Shown one piece after another: positions 55,101 to 60,485 of a stretch of DNA of 60,485 bases. The notes beneath the pieces are model-generated. The model did not search any database. It worked only from the letters and a program-made list of their open reading frames with translations, and was not told the origin of the DNA. Made by a program: the position numbers and the translations under genes. The number at the start of each line of letters is the position of its first letter. Within the stretch, counting starts at the first letter, position 1. The stretch lies in assembly GCA_009694725.1 (NCBI GenBank), contig SICV01000005.1, forward strand, positions 1 through 60,485, written 5' to 3'. The DNA is from Candidatus Pacearchaeota archaeon (GTDB lineage: Archaea; Nanobdellota; Nanobdellia; Pacearchaeales; GW2011-AR1).

Positions 55101-56207
55101 ATGGTGGAAGAAAAGAGTGTGGTAACTCCCTGGGAAGTCTCGGGAACAGTCGATTATGAGAAACTTATCAAAGAATTCGGAACACAAGCCTTAGATCAAA
55201 AGCAACTCAGCTCTCAAAAAGATGCTCCCCCTCTTCTACGCCGAGGATTATATTTTTCTCATCGTGATTTTCCTCAGTGGATTGCGGATGCTGAAAAAAA
55301 GAAAACAGTTTCCGTTGTAACGGGGCGAGGCCCTTCTGAAAAGATGCATCTTGGTCACCTCATTCCGTTCTTGGTCGCACAGTATCTCCAAAAACGTTAC
55401 GGGTGCATGGTTTACATCCCCCTCTCAGATGACGAAAAGTTCTTTTTTAAACGAGCTCTAACGCAAGAGCAAGCAGAGGCATACGGAGAAGACAATATTC
55501 TTGACATCATTGCACTCGGATTCGATCAGCAGAAAACAAAAATCTTCCGCGACTTTGAATACACCACAATCTACAGATATGCCGCCCTCATTGCTAAAAA
55601 GACAACATTTTCTACCGCAAAAGCAGTCTTTGGCTTCCAAGGAGATACCAATATCGGTTTCATCTTTTATCCTGCTGTTCAATCAGCTCACATCTATCTC
55701 CCTCAGTTTTTGCACGGTTCTCATCGCACGCTTGTCCCTATCGCCATTGACCAAGATCCGTATATGCGAATTCTGCGTGATGTTGCCGATGGATTGGGAT
55801 TCATCAAACCAGGAGCAGTGCATGCAAAATTCCTCCCCGGTTTATCGGGCAACCCTAAAATGTCTGCTTCCGATGCGGACAACGAGGTTATTTTCCTGAC
55901 TGATACTCCAGACGTTGTCACAAAGAAAATAAACAAATATGCATTCTCTGGGGGCAAAGACACGCTTGCAGAACATCGCGCACAGGGTGGGAATCCAGAT
56001 ATCGATATTTCTTTCCTCTACCTCAAATATCTCTTTGAGCCTGAGGATAAAGCACTCGCAAAAATTGAAAAGGACTATCGTTCCGGTAAGCTCCTCTCGG
56101 GAGAGCTCAAGAAAATCCTTATCGACAAAATCAATATCTTCCTGAAAGAACACCAAAAAAAGAAAGAACAAGCAAAGAAACTCGTCTCAAAGTTCAAACT
56201 GACGTAA
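55101..56207 (+). CDS. trpS: Tryptophanyl-tRNA synthetase (archaeal/eukaryal type)
   Basis: VTPWEV, TGRGPS, HLGH, AIDQDPY, KMSAS, KYAFSGG. Confidence 0.96.
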   Translation: MVEEKSVVTPWEVSGTVDYEKLIKEFGTQALDQKQLSSQKDAPPLLRRGLYFSHRDFPQWIADAEKKKTVSVVTGRGPSEKMHLGHLIPFLVAQYLQKRYGCMVYIPLSDDEKFFFKRALTQEQAEAYGEDNILDIIALGFDQQKTKIFRDFEYTTIYRYAALIAKKTTFSTAKAVFGFQGDTNIGFIFYPAVQSAHIYLPQFLHGSHRTLVPIAIDQDPYMRILRDVADGLGFIKPGAVHAKFLPGLSGNPKMSASDADNEVIFLTDTPDVVTKKINKYAFSGGKDTLAEHRAQGGNPDIDISFLYLKYLFEPEDKALAKIEKDYRSGKLLSGELKKILIDKINIFLKEHQKKKEQAKKLVSKFKLT

Positions 56208-56273
56208 TTTGTAACCCCTATATAGGAACAACAAAATAGAAAGATTTAAATAGCCCCTATTCTGAGAGAAACT

Positions 56274-56675
56274 ATGAACTTACAAAAAATACTAGGGATT
56301 ACCGCGCTCAGTACCGCTTTAATCGGAATTTCACTCCAGGTAGAACGGACACAAGAAAAAGCGCAATATCGTGGAGCCTCCGAACAACTTACGGCTATTC
56401 CCGGTTTACTGAAGGCCGATAAACTCTATGATGCGGAACAAGCATTGGGCGCTGCACAATCATACATTAGTCAAGAATATGCCGGAAGAGAAAGAAATGA
56501 GGGTTCGTTCTTTATTTCCGAAGCAGAATTACAGGGGCTTCAGAGAAAAATCAAAGAAGCAGGATACCAGGTAAACGCAAAGCAATTGCAAGAAAAAGCC
56601 TATAAACAACTACTTGAAGCAGATATTGCCAGAGCTCAAGAACTAATGAGAAAGGCATCCCAACGTCCACGTTAA
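56274..56675 (+). CDS. Hypothetical protein with N-terminal signal/TM helix
   Basis: BRE-TATA GAAAGATTTAAATA upstream; helical. Confidence 0.6.
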   Translation: MNLQKILGITALSTALIGISLQVERTQEKAQYRGASEQLTAIPGLLKADKLYDAEQALGAAQSYISQEYAGRERNEGSFFISEAELQGLQRKIKEAGYQVNAKQLQEKAYKQLLEADIARAQELMRKASQRPR

Positions 56676-56757
56676 ATAATCATAACCCTACACCCCACTT
56701 ATAAAACTCATTTCTCAAAACCTATTTCTTTTAATAGGCGCAGGTAGCTTCAAACAA

Positions 56758-57738
56758 ATGCTGAAAGCATTTCCAGGATTTGCAATTGATGAAGATCGTC
56801 TGAAACTCATTTTTGAAACTGCTCATCAAGCAACCATTGAACGATATGGTATCTTTAGAGAAGGAACACAAGGGTTTCTCCCTCAATGGAATCTCACTCA
56901 AAAACTTGAACAGATTCATCAACAAACAGAAACGAGCAACCCAGAAGGAGCAGGACAATTTCTCTTTACTCGTTGTTCAGTAGAACGGATTTCACTTTCA
57001 GCAGTCGTTCATCAGCAATGCCTCAAGCTCTGGAACAGTCCAGATAAATGGATGTTCAATGCACGAGAAGTCATAAAACGAGAAGCAAAAGAATTAGACA
57101 CAATTCTCAAAAAAAAGCTCGATTATGCAGTCCCTATAAACAAGGATATTTCAGCAGGCTTTACCTATCTCAATAATGCTGAAGTAATTACATGGAAATT
57201 CGACAACGATCCCCGTAACCTCATTCGCTATAAAACTGTGGAACAAGCGCGCGGACAATTACGAGCATTAATGGGTTTCGGTTCAGGGTTAGCAAATCTC
57301 TATCTCTTAGAATGTCAATCACAAAACATTGCCTCCCACTTGATCCGCATAATCTCTATCCAAAAATTGATCGACATAAAGCGCGCATTCCGATGAACAC
57401 CGAGGTTGTCACCTTATAAAACGGCAATAAAACCTCTGGCAGAATTCACGCGAGCTCACTGGTGGAAGCATTAGAACAGTCCTATCGAGCAACCGCAATA
57501 CGCGCAGGCCTCAATCTCTATGAAATAGACTCTGCACTCTGGATTATAGGCTCAGAAGGGTGTGCCTTAAATGATCTCCATGTATGTCCAGATCGTTGTC
57601 CGCTCTATAAAACGGGGCTCTGCACAGCAAACACTCAACTCAAACATGACGATGGGGTTCTTTTAGGTCTATGACTCAACAGGCAAACGACTTGACAGCC
57701 ATAAAAACCAAGGGCAAACGGCATTTAAGCTAGAGTGA
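56758..57738 (+). pseudogene. HhH-GPD/EndoIII-superfamily DNA glycosylase-like gene, disrupted
   Basis: HhH-like LMGFGSGLANL; continues after a frameshift near 57335 as PKIDRHKAR, in-frame TAA near 57416, then IDSALWIIGSEGC...C...CPL...C. Confidence 0.6.
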
Positions 57739-57759
57739 ACCTCCCCACCCCACGGGCTT
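57735..57759 (-). mobile_element. Possible IS200/IS605-family right-end remnant
   Basis: Minus strand AAGCCCGTGGGGTGGGGAGGTTCAC resembles IS605-type ends; no transposase nearby. Confidence 0.3.
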
Positions 57760-57886
57760 GCCTTCGAAAAATCCAGGTCGGTGGAATAGAGCATCATCCT
57801 GCAACACCCTCAATTCAGTGGACATCAGATACGTACTTGTATTCCTGCCTTATCCGTATCCTCACAGCAAACGGGAGGGCAGTATA

Positions 57887-58891
57887 TTAAAAAGGAGCTC
57901 CACCCTCAGCCTGTAAATCTCGTAGTCCCATAATTTTACACAATTCCTTACGATGCTTCACAAGCGTTCGCAACCAAGTTTGATTATCCACAATATATTC
58001 TGTAACCGTAAAAGGAGTAACCGGATAATCGACGGTTCCTGTTCCTTCTGCAGTATGAGCACGGCAAACAAGCGTGCTCGGAATAGGGGTCTGCCGTATT
58101 GTCCAAGGTTTATCTAGACATAACATCTCTTCTAAACTCTCTAGATACTGCGCATATTTCACCGAACGAAGAAGGGTAGTGCAGGCATCTGGTTTTCCCT
58201 CATTGAGTACATTCATATGAGAGGCATACGGGATCCAATAATCTCGTTCATTTAAATTACTCTTATTCGAAGTTTGATCATGGGTATGGATATTGCCCGC
58301 TTTCAATAACAAAAGTGTTAAGGGTAAGGGTAGCAATAATACATCCGTTGTATGAGTTGCTAAGGTCTGCATAAGCTCATCATATCCAAGGGAACTCGGT
58401 TGCACCTTAAGTCCCTTACCATACCGAAACAAAGCAAATCGTACAGAGGGATCAGGCTCATGATCATTCAAGTACCGAGTAAGTAAATGGGACACATAAT
58501 TTTCTACTTGTAACACGCTAAACGAAGGGCGACTACTACGTCGACTTGTTGCTTTAATTTCAGTATAGTGCGTGCTCCCCGCACGATGTTGTATAAAATC
58601 AGGATGAAAATTACGACGTTCCCCATTCTGAAGTGTTTCAAATGAAAGTTTATGCGGGGGGCACAATCTTCCTCGATAGAGTGCTCGAAACAAAGCGCCA
58701 TAAAAATGACCAAGATTATGGGTCACTTTTCGAGTCATTAATTCCGCGAGTGTCGTATAGTATTCCGAACGAGTAATTGCTGCATCACATTCCGCTTCAG
58801 GTAGGGGCAAGGGTAATTGTCGAGTCAGAGAAGGAACTGAAGGAACCTCATACACCGGTGTAAAATAGGATACCTCTCCCCTCTTTCCCAT
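57887..58891 (-). CDS. PD-(D/E)XK restriction-endonuclease-like hypothetical protein
   Basis: FHPDF...YTEIKAT motif; start MGKRG inferred from TATA. Confidence 0.55.
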   Translation of the reverse strand: MGKRGEVSYFTPVYEVPSVPSLTRQLPLPLPEAECDAAITRSEYYTTLAELMTRKVTHNLGHFYGALFRALYRGRLCPPHKLSFETLQNGERRNFHPDFIQHRAGSTHYTEIKATSRRSSRPSFSVLQVENYVSHLLTRYLNDHEPDPSVRFALFRYGKGLKVQPSSLGYDELMQTLATHTTDVLLLPLPLTLLLLKAGNIHTHDQTSNKSNLNERDYWIPYASHMNVLNEGKPDACTTLLRSVKYAQYLESLEEMLCLDKPWTIRQTPIPSTLVCRAHTAEGTGTVDYPVTPFTVTEYIVDNQTWLRTLVKHRKELCKIMGLRDLQAEGGAPF

Positions 58892-58993
58892 GACTATGCG
58901 ATGAATGTTCGTATTTAAAGGATTATGAGACCAGAACCTAGCAATTGAATCACACACAAGAATCTTTTTATAGCCTTCTGAATACGCCTACAC

Positions 58994-60485
58994 ATGCGAC
59001 TCATCACCCTCCATTGTGATTATATCAAATTCAAACCTCTGAAGAAAGCACTCAAAAGCATTGACGATATCAAAGACCTGGCAGGCAAAGACATTAAGGA
59101 ACCGCTCGTCGTCCTCACGGCCGTCGAACACGGAGATGACGCCACCACACTCCAACAATATGTAAGTGCCATCCAAAAGACCGCGACGGACGTCAAGGCA
59201 ACAAATATTGTCCTCTACCCCTATGCCCATCTCTCTTCCCAACTTGCCGATCCCACGTCAGCCCAGAAGATGCTCATCGATGCCGAAGCCACACTCACAA
59301 AAGCAGGTCTCAAGGTCACACGTGCACCCTTCGGCTACTACAAAGAATTTGAATTGAAATGTAAGGGCCACCCCTTATCAGAATTAAGCAAAGAATTCAG
59401 AAACGCTACTCAACAAGCACAAGCGCCCAAACAGACCGTCAAAAAGCCACAGCAGACATCAGGTAAAATTATTCTTGATCGAAGAAACCTTCCCCCGCAT
59501 GATCACCGTATTCTTGGGGAAGATCTCCAGATTTTTTTCTTAAGTGATGATGTGGGCCCGGGCCTGCCTCTCTGGCTACCGAAAGGAGAAGTTATTCGCA
59601 ACACTCTTATCCAATTCATGCGAACTACAGAAGAATCCTATGGTTATCAGTATGTCGCCACCCCCCATATTACGAAAGGGCTCTTGTATGAAAAAACGGG
59701 ACATCTTCCCCATTATGCCGAAACCATGTTTGCACCAATTAATGTGGATGGCATCGATTATTACCTCAAACCAATGAATTGTCCCCATCATCATCAAATC
59801 TTTGAGAAGCTGGTTAAAAGTTATCGCGATTTACCCTATCGTCTTGCAGAAGCAGGTACCGTGTATAGAAACGAGCTCTCAGGGGTTACGTATGGTCTCA
59901 CTCGTGTACGTGCCCTTACTCAAAATGATGCCCACATTTATTGTACCAAAGCCCAACTCCAGGATGAAATGAAACAAGTGCTGAAGCTCACCAAAGAAGT
60001 ACTTAATGCAACTGGTATGAAAGAATTTTGGTATCGTCTTTCGTTACCTGATTTCACAAAAAACTCTGAAAAATTCACGGGCGATCAGAAGATGTGGGCA
60101 CAAGCAGCACAAGATATTGAAAAAGTTTTGAAAGCATCTAAAGAAAAATTTGTCATTGGAGAAGGAGAAGCAGCATTCTACGGTCCCAAAATTGACATTC
60201 AGATCAAGAATGCACACGGGAAAGAAGAATCGCTTGCCACCATTCAAGTGGATATAGTCGTCCCCCAACGTATTGGACTGACCTATGTCAACGAAAAGGG
60301 CGAGAAGGAATTTCCAGTCATTATCCATCGTGCCCCGCTCGGGAGTTATGAGCGATTTATCTCATTCCTCCTCGAACAAACAAAGGGCAATCTCCCCCTC
60401 TGGCTCGCCCCGGTACAAATAAAAATAATCTCGTTCACTGATAAAAACAACACTTCTGTCGAAAAGCTCAAGAAGCAACTGAAAG
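58994..60485 (+). CDS. thrS: Threonyl-tRNA synthetase, partial (runs off the window end)
   Basis: Translated by hand: MRLITLHCDYI, YPYAHLSS, APFGYYKEFELKCKGHPLSELS, DHRILG, KPMNCPHH, SYRDLP, YRNELSG, AAFYGPKID. Confidence 0.95.
   Translation, partial: MRLITLHCDYIKFKPLKKALKSIDDIKDLAGKDIKEPLVVLTAVEHGDDATTLQQYVSAIQKTATDVKATNIVLYPYAHLSSQLADPTSAQKMLIDAEATLTKAGLKVTRAPFGYYKEFELKCKGHPLSELSKEFRNATQQAQAPKQTVKKPQQTSGKIILDRRNLPPHDHRILGEDLQIFFLSDDVGPGLPLWLPKGEVIRNTLIQFMRTTEESYGYQYVATPHITKGLLYEKTGHLPHYAETMFAPINVDGIDYYLKPMNCPHHHQIFEKLVKSYRDLPYRLAEAGTVYRNELSGVTYGLTRVRALTQNDAHIYCTKAQLQDEMKQVLKLTKEVLNATGMKEFWYRLSLPDFTKNSEKFTGDQKMWAQAAQDIEKVLKASKEKFVIGEGEAAFYGPKIDIQIKNAHGKEESLATIQVDIVVPQRIGLTYVNEKGEKEFPVIIHRAPLGSYERFISFLLEQTKGNLPLWLAPVQIKIISFTDKNNTSVEKLKKQLK

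Noticed and set aside
46135-57418. Stop-codon reassignment suggested by in-frame TAA in two genes
   Set aside because: TAA ends many core genes here, and both loci also carry frameshifts, so pseudogenisation is simpler
57732-57885. RNase P RNA (GAGTGAACCTCCCCACCCC ... GGGAGGGC)
   Set aside because: Only about 150 nt, no GAGGAA or bulged-U P4, and no partner strand for P5/P7
6242-60328. Numerous 60-140 aa ORFs antisense to or nested in smc, tuf, fusA, rpoA/B, nrdJ, iscS, trpS and thrS
   Set aside because: Shadow frames of well-supported genes, with no motifs or promoters

Overview
60.5 kb of an archaeal chromosome, most consistent with a DPANN/Nanobdellota (Pace-/Woesearchaeota-like) organism; the taxonomy is inferred from gene content. 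It carries a broken-up core cluster (rpoH-rpoB-fused rpoA-nusA // rps12-rps7-fusA // tuf), plus dnaG, rnhB, TrpRS, ThrRS (partial), tRNA-iMet and tRNA-Lys, an nrdR-nrdJ operon, many repair and stress genes, surface proteins, toxin-antitoxin-like modules and several pseudogenes. Most genes have a TATA box about 20-30 nt before the start codon, suggesting leaderless mRNAs. No CRISPR array, rRNA or intact transposase was seen. Most notable: (1) an Smc-family ATPase with no recognisable hinge but a Rad50-like CPLC zinc hook at its apex; (2) a nicotianamine-synthase-like/GNAT fusion in an AT-rich segment; (3) a membrane receptor ending in an apparently inactive class III nucleotidyl cyclase domain; (4) a ThrRS joining an archaeal editing domain to a bacterial-type catalytic core; (5) tandem bacterial NrdR boxes on an archaeal TATA promoter; (6) antisense and duplicated T-arm sequence behind both tRNAs. 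All family calls come from reading motifs by eye; no database search was run.
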